Below, one piece after another: positions 11,201 to 20,419 of a stretch of 64,000 nucleotides of DNA; the first letter of the stretch is position 1; each line of letters begins with the position of its first letter. The DNA lies in the IMG/VR virus record IMGVR_UViG_3300025012_000066, positions 11,470 to 75,469 of that record. One strand, 5' to 3'. The notes under the pieces are model-generated. The model was not told the origin of the DNA, ran no database searches, and saw only the letters and a list, made by a program, of their open reading frames with translations. The position numbers were made by a program, and so were the translations under genes. The stretch is from a virus.

Positions 11201-12436
11201 TTATTTAAGTATGCTCCAGGTCTTACAACATTACAAACACCTACTGGAACTTGGCTTGAACCTACACAAGGACAATTAGATCTAATTAAATCACTAGATA
11301 ATAGTTTATCCGTTTCTTCTCGTTTAGAGAATGGTGCAATAGCACAATACCTTTTCTCCTATAACATCATAGCAATTGTGGAGCAAAAATACGGCGCAAT
11401 CCCTGCGATTGATAAGGTACAGTGGTTGAAGGATAATTTGAGTAATGTTGTTTGTAATTGGTGGGGGTATGGTAGTGGTCCAAGTGGAAATAAAGCTATA
11501 ATTGCTAGTTGGCGTACAAATAGTTCTTCGTGGGTAAATTTCTCAACAAATAACACTACAGCTACAGTTCAGAGAGTGCAAGGCGTCTTCAGCAATATTC
11601 CTGAGTCGTACATCATAAATAGTGACGGCTTCGTCCACTTCCTAGCCTACGCAGACGCTTCAGACGGAGTAACAGCATCCACCATCTACACGGACTACTG
11701 CAACATTGAATTAACCTTCAAAAAGCCAACAGGTTATGATGTTTTATCTTCTAGTAATCCAAGAAGAGATGCAGGGTTGAGTAATATTTTGCTTGTTAGT
11801 AAAAATACAAAAGAAGTACAAGTGTTGTTTAATTGGAGTAACGAGTATAATCTAGTGACTTATTCAGAATATTTAGAAGCACCAAGTCCAATTTCAGCAA
11901 GTACAGAGGTGACGGTTTTAAGTGAAATTCCAGAATGGCAAATCGTTGACATCTCAAGTGCTTGCGGAACCAAAGAGGGTATTCATCCTTGGAAATCATT
12001 AGCTTATAGAGTTGGTCAAGACAATTTAAATCTCTATGGTGAAATCGGAATATCAAATCTCCCCTTTGCTTCAGATAATATCAATACAAATATTGGGAGT
12101 AAAGTCACAATAAATGGATTAGGTTATTTAGCAAATTATACTAAACAATATGGATTAACTGCTATATCAAAACCACTTGTGGGAATTAGCAGATGGTTAT
12201 GTATGTATAACTCTCAACTTTATCTATTAGTTTTAAGCAAATATGTAACGAATGGTTCATTTGTTGTAGATGGGGCTGGAAGTTGCTATTTAATTCCAAT
12301 TATAGGGAAAAATTTAGTGAAGATAGATGATGGAATTGTTAGGAGTGGTGTGGTGACTCCTACTAAGTGGGCAACAAATAGTTTAGTTGTTGAAGGTTTT
12401 GTGTCGAAAGCAACTAATACATTAATTACTTCTTAA
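8201..12436 (+). CDS. Large tail fibre / receptor-binding protein
   Basis: 1411 aa, Thr/Ser/Gly-rich beta composition, LamG-like segment, two tandem ~200-aa repeats (KVSG..ENPN ... SDGVTAS.I..DY). Confidence 0.75.
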   Translation: MSTMKYFDIGTQTWQRVDSGAINDGVDRIIPSDLKSFHRSQLHSGFLNFGSISDFTLSISTLNAVKINRDLFVNLNSYYVKIPVNTLIQFSAPPSSGIRNDLAYLKATLDSKGYLTGATIQVADNANTLTNISYTLDSVDKGLYKNGSNLAIEICTIPRRNSGSYLPSNPNGAKNYYALGASNSITTTYTGSSVIITVPSTTGMQINDIIKSGANIFLVTAIGSSTQFTATYTTPTSSVSGVLNLTLVSDRVDGNYSNVIDSRDLQINNDLRHRTQFQYNFDYEVKRGSDQFMRGELSPKKLLKTYHGIPKTEIDNNTIFYASLDGTTVAEVGGTDLKNVTATFKPSLVGSGLVVSGYYKRIDVSTFNLNSAGTIDLLVSPLVNTSNGIFSLRDASDKCLLSLVMDTASTRLFLGTGNGTTYYTDTVLGGSTFKYTTMPEIAKQSMIPLRVTMAYSGSTTVIKLLVNGSVKYTITFSGQLPTIKDLVFFSTSDMHNSQNFSAYYANGILADISISNIDRGSLFPNLPADFISGDAVIMPAYTDQRRILSESQTTQTVNSIVKATNLLNSRGVSRVIIGTPNTWSANDTVTVTGMAGELISGVYSSPLATVIKDALSTDTVIYTDSVTGLVAGDEVKLVDRVLGTILATKTIATDGVDTTLKKVTFTATIGVALSKYQVVVMESTASSSVPLVYHMVAGVKTAVVGTWATLSTNVATFTLGTNAGLVAQDIQIDYSMIMPAGQPALSVPTTTTLMGEAGFRLPYANQTITSDYANKVSGRTWENPNIAKTLSAIVANNPAPTDFTTELITSEYAKMFTLDGILTTFSTSVNGDQAVRIHQLNTIKNIERKLGSKIPASTTALKVAWIKSNVSKLIPKLNCSGSSPTGNKATVAIRDNNSNTWTVGGNHTNAGITLISYDITSASTVTLANAIDANGILNVISYGDVSDGVTASVINNDYVSLDIVFQNKIVNLFGLATGQTVDVRDDFVGKVSGSVVENPNLFKYAPGLTTLQTPTGTWLEPTQGQLDLIKSLDNSLSVSSRLENGAIAQYLFSYNIIAIVEQKYGAIPAIDKVQWLKDNLSNVVCNWWGYGSGPSGNKAIIASWRTNSSSWVNFSTNNTTATVQRVQGVFSNIPESYIINSDGFVHFLAYADASDGVTASTIYTDYCNIELTFKKPTGYDVLSSSNPRRDAGLSNILLVSKNTKEVQVLFNWSNEYNLVTYSEYLEAPSPISASTEVTVLSEIPEWQIVDISSACGTKEGIHPWKSLAYRVGQDNLNLYGEIGISNLPFASDNINTNIGSKVTINGLGYLANYTKQYGLTAISKPLVGISRWLCMYNSQLYLLVLSKYVTNGSFVVDGAGSCYLIPIIGKNLVKIDDGIVRSGVVTPTKWATNSLVVEGFVSKATNTLITS

Positions 12437-12460
12437 TCATGTATAAACAAAAAATAATAA

Positions 12461-12561
12461 ATATGGTTGATAAATAAGGTTGCAAACTTATTTATTGTAA
12501 TAAAAGAGCTATGCTGATACATGGCTCTTTTCCAATTTCTAAAAACTTTTGTCAGAAAGGA
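12461..12561 (+). ncRNA. Putative structured leader RNA (junction + RBS pseudoknot), copy A
   Basis: Hairpins 12469-12496 and 12503-12530; loop CTGATA pairs with TGTCAG (12550-55) abutting AAAGGA; homologous to copy at 36840. Confidence 0.6.
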
Positions 12562-12574
12562 TGATTAAATTATA

Positions 12575-13567
12575 ATGACGAGAAAAAAGACGAACGAAGA
12601 ATTTATTAATGAATTATATAATTTAAGAGGTAATCAATATGAAGTATTAGAAAAATATAATGGGAGTCGTATTAAATTATTAACTAGACATAATTGTAAT
12701 GAATGTAATAATTATGAATGGGAAGTTTCTCCTTATGATTTAATAAGTAAAGAAGTGCAATGTCCAGTTTGTCAGCATAAAAAACAAGGAGAGATGAGAG
12801 CAAGATCGCAGGAAACTTTTGAATCACAAGTTTTTAATGTTTTTGGCGATAAATATATTATTAAAGGAAAGTTTAAGAATATTGACAAACAAATTGAAGT
12901 TTATTGTACTATTTGTAATAAATCATGGAGTCCTATTCCTTATCATCTATTGAATGGACATGGATGTCCACATTGTAATGGAAATGCTCAAAAAACAACA
13001 GATGAATTCACTCAACAAATAAAAGATAAACATAAGAATAGATACACAGTAATTGGTAAATACATAAATTCAAAAACAAAAATAGAAATATTATGTAATA
13101 TCTGCAATGAACCTTGGTTAATATTCCCTAATAATTTAATAAGAGATTATGGTGGATGTCCAAATTGTAACCTTAATAGAGCAGAATTAGCAATTAAAGA
13201 ATGCTTAACTCAAAAGCAAATCAATTTTAAACCTCAATATAAATTTGATGATTGTCGTAACATTAAACCATTACCTTTTGATTCAGCAATATTAGATGAA
13301 TATAATAATGTAATAGGTTTAATCGAAGCAGATGGGCAACAGCATTTTGAACCTGTGAGATTTGGTGGTATATCGCAAGAAAAAGCAGAGAAGAATTTTA
13401 TAGAAACTAAAAAGAGGGATAAGATTAAAACGGAATACTGTGAGAAAAATCATATCCCCTTACTCAGAATCCCATATTGGGAGTTCAACAACATAGAACA
13501 AATAATAAATAATTTCATCCAAGAACTATCACCCCAACAAGATAATTCTATTTTAATTGCCAAATAA
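12575..13567 (+). CDS. Zinc-ribbon repeat + Vsr/DUF559-like putative homing endonuclease
   Basis: Repeated CxxC...GCPxC units; C-terminal PFD...LIEADGQQHF...LLRIPYWE. Confidence 0.75.
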   Translation: MTRKKTNEEFINELYNLRGNQYEVLEKYNGSRIKLLTRHNCNECNNYEWEVSPYDLISKEVQCPVCQHKKQGEMRARSQETFESQVFNVFGDKYIIKGKFKNIDKQIEVYCTICNKSWSPIPYHLLNGHGCPHCNGNAQKTTDEFTQQIKDKHKNRYTVIGKYINSKTKIEILCNICNEPWLIFPNNLIRDYGGCPNCNLNRAELAIKECLTQKQINFKPQYKFDDCRNIKPLPFDSAILDEYNNVIGLIEADGQQHFEPVRFGGISQEKAEKNFIETKKRDKIKTEYCEKNHIPLLRIPYWEFNNIEQIINNFIQELSPQQDNSILIAK

Positions 13568-13590
13568 TCAATCATAATATAATAAATCAA

Positions 13591-13650
13591 CTCAATAAAG
13601 TTCAATAAAGTTCAATAAAGTTCAATAAAGTTCAATAAAGTTCAATAAAG
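13591..13650 (+). repeat. 10-bp tandem repeat (TTCAATAAAG) x6
   Basis: Directly visible; last unit forms the start of the RBS AAAGGAGG. Confidence 0.95.
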
Positions 13651-13664
13651 GAGGTACAATCTTA

Positions 13665-14549
13665 ATGAAAACAATACTATTCGATAGAATTTCTAATAAA
13701 ATTACAGGAATCGACAGAGAAAAATTAAACTTCGAATACTCGGTTCTGCTCCCATTTCCTATCAATCTCAATAAAACAATATCTGAACCAACAAATGAAA
13801 AAATACAAAAAGTCAATGATAATGGTGAATATTTATACAAAGATAATATCCAAACCATTACAGATGAATTTGGCAATGAAATTGAGACATATGATGAGAC
13901 TATTGAATCAGAAAAAGTAATAGAATGGGACAAACAAACTGTAACTTACCGTATAGCATCAGATGAATATATTACAGAATTGCAAGATGTGATTCAAGAG
14001 GATGGTTCAATAGTTCAAGAAGAAGTTCAAATTATTGTATATCAAGAAATAACAAATGTAGTTAATGTTCCTAAGACTATTGTAAAATTAGAACCTGTAA
14101 TGATTGATGGAATAGTTGGTAGAATTTATACATTAGAAAATGGATATATGAATTTTGATTATCATGAGGTTTTGGAAGCAAAGAAACAAAGTATAAATAA
14201 TAATTCATTGACCAATCTCTGCTTTTTTGATGAGGACTTCATTAATAACGATTTAATCTTATCAAATTGCAGTATCGGTGATGGGATTTTAATCTTACAT
14301 TCTGGAGGAGTTGTTTCTAAAACAGTTCAACTCCCTAAATTAACAAACATCATAGAAATTTACCAAGAATCACAAAATAATGGATTGGTTTTTGAAGTAA
14401 ATGATGTTCAAGTACATTTTGAAGGAGACACAATAATATCGTCTAAAGGTAGGGTTAAATTACCTGAATACATAAATGAAATTACGATAAAAGTATCAAA
14501 TCCAATAAATAAGAATCTTGAATTGTATGCGTTAGGAGTGATGTGTTAA
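13665..14549 (+). CDS. Hypothetical protein in tail/lysis module
   Basis: 294 aa acidic ORF with strong RBS. Confidence 0.6.
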   Translation: MKTILFDRISNKITGIDREKLNFEYSVLLPFPINLNKTISEPTNEKIQKVNDNGEYLYKDNIQTITDEFGNEIETYDETIESEKVIEWDKQTVTYRIASDEYITELQDVIQEDGSIVQEEVQIIVYQEITNVVNVPKTIVKLEPVMIDGIVGRIYTLENGYMNFDYHEVLEAKKQSINNNSLTNLCFFDEDFINNDLILSNCSIGDGILILHSGGVVSKTVQLPKLTNIIEIYQESQNNGLVFEVNDVQVHFEGDTIISSKGRVKLPEYINEITIKVSNPINKNLELYALGVMC

Positions 14550-14884
14550 TGTCTGATTCGATTGATCTATGGCAAATTGTAGAGAAAGATTTAGAAAAAC
14601 AAACGGGTAGTCTAAGCAAGAATGTCAGTTACTTGGAATATTACAGTGATATATTAGGTTTAATTTTAAAAGAAATGGTCTCAATATTACCTCCAGAATC
14701 AATTACTCCTCAATTACAAGCAAAAGTTAATATATTAAGTACAATATTAGAACATTCTAGTATTGATTTATCAAATATTTCTTCTCCTTTAGAAATATGG
14801 AAAGTTGGAGGAATCATTGACCTTAAAAAAATTAATACAGAATTACGAGAGATGTACATTTCAGCGAAAATGAGTGGTGTTTAA
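14543..14884 (+). CDS. Hypothetical protein
   Basis: ORF coupled to upstream gene (TAATG overlap at 14547-14551). Confidence 0.55.
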   Translation: MLMSDSIDLWQIVEKDLEKQTGSLSKNVSYLEYYSDILGLILKEMVSILPPESITPQLQAKVNILSTILEHSSIDLSNISSPLEIWKVGGIIDLKKINTELREMYISAKMSGV

Positions 14885-14886
14885 TC

Positions 14887-15366
14887 ATGGATATTAATGA
14901 AATAAAACCAACAGATATATTAGCATATAAAGGTTCAAATCCAATATCAAAAATAGTTAAAAAATTAACAAATTCTAATTATTCACATTTGATAATTTAT
15001 ATATCAGATGGCATTGCAATAGAAGCAGATTGGAATGGAATTCAATATTGTAATATAGATAAATATAAAAATTATCTAGATGTCTATACATGCGATTCTT
15101 TAACAGATATTCAAAGAAAATTAATTTGTGATTATGCTATATCAAAAGTTGGAGATAAGTACGATTATGGTTTATTAATTTTTATGTTTTTGAAAAGAAT
15201 ATTAAAGTTCAGGTTTAGAATCAGGGATAGAAATAGTGATGTGTGTAGTGAATTGGTTAATGATTCATATGCTAAAGTTGATGGAATGAGATTAGTAAAG
15301 AAAAGATATCCTTCGCCACAAGAGGTAATTAGTTCAGATAAGTTAAGGTATATTAGAAGTTATTAA
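14887..15366 (+). CDS. Permuted papain-like NlpC/P60 amidase (YiiX/YebB-like)
   Basis: His before Cys order: NYSH...EA...KYDY...CSELV...P. Confidence 0.8.
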   Translation: MDINEIKPTDILAYKGSNPISKIVKKLTNSNYSHLIIYISDGIAIEADWNGIQYCNIDKYKNYLDVYTCDSLTDIQRKLICDYAISKVGDKYDYGLLIFMFLKRILKFRFRIRDRNSDVCSELVNDSYAKVDGMRLVKKRYPSPQEVISSDKLRYIRSY

Positions 15367-15447
15367 ATAATTAATATTTCAGAAAATAGTGGAGAATGGA
15401 TAATAAGATTTAATTCTTTTTATTAATTAAATGGAAGGTGAATAATT

Positions 15448-16323
15448 ATGATAAAAAATAAGGTAGTCGTGCTCGATATAGGTCATGGAGGTCGTGATCC
15501 AGGGGCATTGGGTATTAAAACACAAGAAAAAAATAATAATTTAACTTTAGGACTAAAAGTAGGAAAAATACTTCAACAACATGGAGTCACAGTAAATTAT
15601 ACTAGAACAACTGATAAAGATTTTTGTTCAAATTCATATGATATAAATGAAGATTTACAGAATCGTATTGCAATTGCGAAACAATATAATCCTGATGTCT
15701 TTATAAGTTTTCATAATAATGCGTTTAATAAATCAGCCAAAGGAATCGAATGTCACTGTTTTAAATTTGGAGGAACAGATGAGAAATTAAGTAGAAGTAT
15801 TCAAAGTAATATGGTTTTTGCTTTAAACATGATGATTGCCCGTAAAGTTAAGGCAAGTAATTTTTATGTTTTGCGTAAATTCGATGGAACAAATACAGAT
15901 GCTTGTTTAGTTGAATATGGATTTATTGATTCTGAGGAAGATGCTATTTTAGCAAATATGGATAAAGCGAGTGTTGCTATTAGTAAGGGGATTTTAGAGC
16001 ATCTTGATATTGCTTATAAAGAACAAATTACTTCTACTATTCAATCAGCAATAAATAATAATCAAGGAGTGAATGATATGTTAGATGTTTGTGTATTGCT
16101 TTACAGTAAAGAAGATTATTGGTCTGGGACAGATGTTTCTGAAAAAAATGGTAACTGTGCTTTATTTATTCGACCTGCTGATAAATCTGTACCAAAAGAT
16201 GCGATGAGTTCAAAGAAGTTGATTATAGTTGGAGGATCTAGTGTTGGACATCCTTGTGAAATTTTATTAAGTGGAAAAACAAAATACAATACGGCTGAAG
16301 CAGTTGGAAAATATTTAGGATAA
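15448..16323 (+). CDS. Endolysin, N-acetylmuramoyl-L-alanine amidase (Amidase_3) with C-terminal cell-wall-binding domain
   Basis: LDIGHGGRDPGA, E, FISFHNNA, LVEYGFID zinc-amidase motifs. Confidence 0.92.
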   Translation: MIKNKVVVLDIGHGGRDPGALGIKTQEKNNNLTLGLKVGKILQQHGVTVNYTRTTDKDFCSNSYDINEDLQNRIAIAKQYNPDVFISFHNNAFNKSAKGIECHCFKFGGTDEKLSRSIQSNMVFALNMMIARKVKASNFYVLRKFDGTNTDACLVEYGFIDSEEDAILANMDKASVAISKGILEHLDIAYKEQITSTIQSAINNNQGVNDMLDVCVLLYSKEDYWSGTDVSEKNGNCALFIRPADKSVPKDAMSSKKLIIVGGSSVGHPCEILLSGKTKYNTAEAVGKYLG

Positions 16324-16401
16324 TAAAACAAATGCCAATTAGAGGTATAAAATAAAAATTACACCTCTTTATTAACCTATTAAATTGGTCAATATTATTT
16401 T

Positions 16402-16517
16402 ATTCAGTTTTGTATGTATTTGACAGCCAGATATTGCCCATCTGGACTGTCATTTGGGAATTACAAAGCGTTAACTTTGTAAGACTTGTCTGAATTATAC
16501 ATCAAGAAAGGGGCAAT
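16402..16517 (+). promoter_or_regulatory. Structured leader with pseudoknot over the RBS of a lysis gene
   Basis: Hairpin 16421-16452 with loop ATTGCCC complementary to GGGCAAT (16511-17, part of RBS AAAGGGG); second hairpin 16461-16482; outer stem ATTCAG/CTGAAT. Confidence 0.5.
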
Positions 16518-16524
16518 TGTCAAC

Positions 16525-16923
16525 ATGAAAAATATAATTATGGAAGAGGTGTTGAATTTGAGCATTGAGCCAGAAATAAAGGAAGTTTTGGACGACCATA
16601 AAAAAATATTAGAGGAGCATACAGATAAGATTCAGGATCTTCAAATTGATAATGCTAGTACAAAGGAGCAATTAAATTCGATTAAAACACAAATGAATGA
16701 TGTAAAGGAAATTGTAACAGAATTTAAAACTAGTTATTTACAGACAACAAGTTCAATGATGGGAACATTAAGCCAAGTGGTAATTAATACTAGCAATAAT
16801 AATAAAGAAATTGCAACAACCACTAATAATAATAAAACTCAAATTGCACTCAAGGTTTTAGCTATTGTTGGTGGTTTAATTGTTGGGTGGTTTGCTTTAA
16901 AGGGAGTCACTATTAGTATTTAA
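16525..16923 (+). CDS. XhlA/holin-like membrane protein
   Basis: Coiled coil plus single C-terminal TM helix, between endolysin and holin; start uncertain (16525 ATG, 16540 ATG or 16558 TTG). Confidence 0.65.
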   Translation: MKNIIMEEVLNLSIEPEIKEVLDDHKKILEEHTDKIQDLQIDNASTKEQLNSIKTQMNDVKEIVTEFKTSYLQTTSSMMGTLSQVVINTSNNNKEIATTTNNNKTQIALKVLAIVGGLIVGWFALKGVTISI

Positions 16924-16949
16924 TATTAAAAATAAGGAGAATGATTTAA

Positions 16950-17300
16950 ATGGATATTACAACAGCATTACAAAGTTTTATGGTTTTAGGTACTTTAACT
17001 CTTGGTGTCACACAAGTTTATAAAGAAGTGATTTCTGACAAGAATACACAAAAAGTTAGTGTATTGATTGCTATGATTCTTGCTCTAGTTACTGGGACTA
17101 GTATTTTACAACCTTTAGGTTTTGTACCTGCAACTAATTTTGTTGATTTAGTGAGTCAATTTAAAGTTGGATTTGATGTTTTATACTGGATTGCAGATAT
17201 TGGTGTAACAGGATTCTTAGCATCAAAGGGGAGTAACTTTGCCATTGATTTGTTTAGTAAGAAAAATATAAATGAAAACAAAACAGAAAAAGTAGATTAG
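16950..17300 (+). CDS. Holin
   Basis: 116 aa, 2-3 TM helices, GFLASKGSNF motif, charged C-terminus. Confidence 0.75.
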   Translation: MDITTALQSFMVLGTLTLGVTQVYKEVISDKNTQKVSVLIAMILALVTGTSILQPLGFVPATNFVDLVSQFKVGFDVLYWIADIGVTGFLASKGSNFAIDLFSKKNINENKTEKVD

Positions 17301-17832
17301 TATCATCTACATAATAAAAACCAATAATTTCACAAATATAAACACTCTCTAAGCGTTTAGAAAAGTCTCTATCATACAAACTTACATAGAATCAATTTAA
17401 ACAGCTTAGAGAGTGTTTTCTGTGTGAATCAGATTATTGTGGGCCTGAAAGTGTTGATATAGTAAGGTTTAAAATGTGTCTGACTTACAAGAATTTACTA
17501 TTTTAAAGAGTTAGTTCACTAAGGGCATTGGATGTAATCCAAGCAAATGCTAATTTTAAAGGTATGGTCAAGAGAGGGATTTATGAGAATAAATTTCCTC
17601 TCTTTTATTATGTCTAAATTTAAATAATCTTCCAAAAATCACTTAGAGAATAGTGAAAACTATTCTAACACATTTTCTTTCATTCTTATTTTATTTAGTA
17701 AGAAACGGCGAAGAGAAGAGTTAGGATTTTCTTGACTTTTCTCTAAGTGATTTTTGTATATGGAAACAATTCTTCGCCGTTTTGTTTTTGTATTGAAATT
17801 ACTAATAAAAATAAGAAAGAAGGAAAAAGAAA

Positions 17833-19029
17833 ATGAGTAATGGTAATGTATTAGTAGAGTCCCAATCAGCAAGAGAAGAATTAGTAGTCAAGGTAAGTGA
17901 GGAAAGAGTTGGAGAAATCTTAAACAAGGTAAAAGGTTTAGTTTTGTTGGCAGATGATACACACGTGACGACAGAAATGGTTGCGAATTTTTATGAAGTT
18001 GGACTAGAAGCAATAAACAGTTTGATAAAAGATCATCGTAATGAATTAAATACTGATGGGTTAACGGTTTTAGAGGGTGAACAACTAAAGTCCTTTAAGA
18101 ACATCTGTCAAATTGAGTCAAGGGCAAGAGCTTTAACGATTATTCCTCGCAGAGCAATACTTCGTATAGGTATGATTTTAAGAGATAGTATTATCGCTCA
18201 ACAAGTTAGAACTTATTTACTTGATGTTGAAGGTAATACAAAAGTAGAAGATAAACTCATTGCATTAGGACAAGAAACTAACAATATAATATCAATATTA
18301 AATGAAAAGGTAGATAATTTACAATTGAGTAATAATACACTTAGACAAAATAATAGTGTAATTATTACAGACAATGAAGAATTAAAACATAATGTCTTAA
18401 TGTTAATAACTAAAGTTGATGAATTATTAGAGCAACCTCTTTTCAAGATCCACTCTAATTCTAGTAGATTATATGACATGTTAATTATAAATGACTTTAT
18501 GAATGCAATGGAATCATTAGGAATGAAAAAATCATATGATAAACATTACGCTTTGTTTAATAAAGAGTTTGAGAATTGGACAGGAATAAATTTTGGTGAT
18601 AAGAAAATAAATAAAAAACAATATTGGATTTCATATTATGGAATTGAATCAATAAAGCAATTTATCGTTGGTATTGCACAGAAAATAATTATTAAAAATG
18701 ATAATGGATATTGGGTTAGCAAAGCAGGTATTTATAGCAATAAAGTTGAATGGAAGAAAATATTAAATTCCTTTGGCAATAAATGTGCTTATTGCAGTAG
18801 CGAAGAAATAATTCTAGCAGAACATATTGTGCCACAAAGTAGTGAGGGATCAACCGATTGTATTCATAATTTAATTCCAAGTTGTTCTCTTTGTAATGAT
18901 AGAAAAGGTACAATGGATATGAAGTCATGGATAGAACTTAAAAGAAAAGAGGGAATGACTGATGAACAATATGAAAAAATTAGAGATCATTGGAGAAAAT
19001 ATCATATTGTTTTAGATTTAGATATTTAA
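17833..19029 (+). CDS. Antirepressor-like N-terminal domain fused to HNH nuclease
   Basis: VANFYEV...PRRAILRIGMILRDS..A..VRTYLL N-domain; CAYC...EHIVP...NLIPSCSLCNDRKG HNH. Confidence 0.7.
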   Translation: MSNGNVLVESQSAREELVVKVSEERVGEILNKVKGLVLLADDTHVTTEMVANFYEVGLEAINSLIKDHRNELNTDGLTVLEGEQLKSFKNICQIESRARALTIIPRRAILRIGMILRDSIIAQQVRTYLLDVEGNTKVEDKLIALGQETNNIISILNEKVDNLQLSNNTLRQNNSVIITDNEELKHNVLMLITKVDELLEQPLFKIHSNSSRLYDMLIINDFMNAMESLGMKKSYDKHYALFNKEFENWTGINFGDKKINKKQYWISYYGIESIKQFIVGIAQKIIIKNDNGYWVSKAGIYSNKVEWKKILNSFGNKCAYCSSEEIILAEHIVPQSSEGSTDCIHNLIPSCSLCNDRKGTMDMKSWIELKRKEGMTDEQYEKIRDHWRKYHIVLDLDI

Positions 19030-19073
19030 CAATACATAAATAATATTATCATATTGATTAGGAGGAATACAAC

Positions 19074-19292
19074 ATGAGCAAATCAAGAATTGAAGAAATA
19101 AAAACACTATTAAATAATGAAGGTTTTTATATGGATATGGGAATTGATCATTCAAATCACACATTTAATGTCAGTGTAATTGATAATAATGATGAACTCG
19201 TAGATGTTTATACTATAGGATTGACAGAACTATACAATAAATTATTCGATGATGATGCTGAATTTAAATGGATTGGTGATCTGGATAATTAA
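19074..19292 (+). CDS. Hypothetical protein
   Basis: Strong RBS AGGAGG; followed by hairpin terminator ~19305-19340. Confidence 0.6.
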   Translation: MSKSRIEEIKTLLNNEGFYMDMGIDHSNHTFNVSVIDNNDELVDVYTIGLTELYNKLFDDDAEFKWIGDLDN

Positions 19293-19401
19293 TAGTTTAT
19301 ACAAAGGGGTTGTCCAATTAATAATTTGGATGACTCCTATTTGAAGATTTCACTACCAATCCTATAGAGAAAAATAAATAAACAAAAAAAGGAATGATTT
19401 T

Positions 19402-19494
19402 ATGACAAATCAAACATTAGAAAGTAATAAATCAGAACTTAAAACCTTCTATGTTAAAAGTATGAAATTGGCTGGATTTTTGAAATATTATTAA
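19402..19494 (+). pseudogene. Truncated 5' copy of the DUF5659-like gene
   Basis: MTNQTLESNKSELKTFYVKSMKLAGFLKYY*; 16 aa identical to the N-terminus of 20420..20611. Confidence 0.75.
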
Positions 19495-19539
19495 AATATA
19501 ACAGATACAAAAAATAAATAAATTGTAAACACAAATTTT

Positions 19540-19654
19540 ACTAGCAAGAGGTAGTGGAAGTAATTACCCACTATTAGATGTAACTCGCACATCGTTCTTG
19601 CTAGTTTTTATAATTACGGGCGAGTATACTAAAATCAAAATAAGAAAGCGAGTT
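19540..19654 (+). ncRNA. Putative structured leader RNA (junction + RBS pseudoknot), copy C
   Basis: Outer stem ACTAGCAAGA/TCTTGCTAGT enclosing two hairpins; loop AACTCGC complementary to GCGAGTT (19648-54) at the RBS position. Confidence 0.55.
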
Positions 19655-19662
19655 GTTTATTA

Positions 19663-20403
19663 ATGGAAGGAAATATTGAAATTAAAGAGGAAGAAATTCT
19701 CGAACCCTATGGTTTTATTTATGTGACAACCAATATGGTTAATGGCAAAAAGTATATTGGTCAGAAAATGTTTAAAAAAGATTGGAAATATTATTTAGGT
19801 AGTGGAGCATATTTCTTAAGGGCTGTAAAAAAGTATGGTAAGAAAAATTTTAGTAGAGAAATTATTGCTATTGCATATTCAAAAGAAGAGTTAGATATAT
19901 TAGAAGTTCAATTTATAAATCACCACAATGCAGTTAATAGTACAGATTATTATAACCTTGTTGGAGGTGGATATGGAGGGAATGCTGGAATACCTGCGTC
20001 AGAAGAACAAAAGAAGAAAATGAGCGATTCTCATAAAGGGCATGAAACATCAGAGGAAACAAGAAAGAAAATTGGAGAAGCAAGAAAAGGTCATTTAGTA
20101 TCAGAAGCAACTAGGGATAAAATAAGCAATACTCTTAAAAATTACATAATAACAGATGAACATAGAACGAGTTTAAGTGAATCTGGCAAAGGACGCATCT
20201 TTTCAGAAGAAACAAAATTAAAAATAAGTGAGTCACATAAAGGAAAGAATATGGCTTTAAATTCTGAACAAATAGTAGAAATTAGAGAAAAATATGCAAC
20301 TGGAGAATATAAACAGTATGAATTAGCAGAAATATATTTTGTTACAAAACAAACAATCAATAATGTTGTAAATTATAAATATGCATATAAAAATGTATCG
20401 TAA
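19663..20403 (+). CDS. GIY-YIG homing endonuclease with NUMOD3 repeats and HTH
   Basis: GFIY...KYIG, YLGSG, YYNL..GG, repeated SEETRKKI/SESHKG. Confidence 0.9.
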   Translation: MEGNIEIKEEEILEPYGFIYVTTNMVNGKKYIGQKMFKKDWKYYLGSGAYFLRAVKKYGKKNFSREIIAIAYSKEELDILEVQFINHHNAVNSTDYYNLVGGGYGGNAGIPASEEQKKKMSDSHKGHETSEETRKKIGEARKGHLVSEATRDKISNTLKNYIITDEHRTSLSESGKGRIFSEETKLKISESHKGKNMALNSEQIVEIREKYATGEYKQYELAEIYFVTKQTINNVVNYKYAYKNVS

Positions 20404-20419
20404 ATTAAGGAGTGTTATT

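Noticed and set aside
8201-12436. Diversity-generating retroelement acting on the tail fibre
   Set aside because: No reverse transcriptase in the window and no template/variable repeat pair differing only at adenines
13591-13650. CRISPR array
   Set aside because: Head-to-tail 10-mers with no spacers
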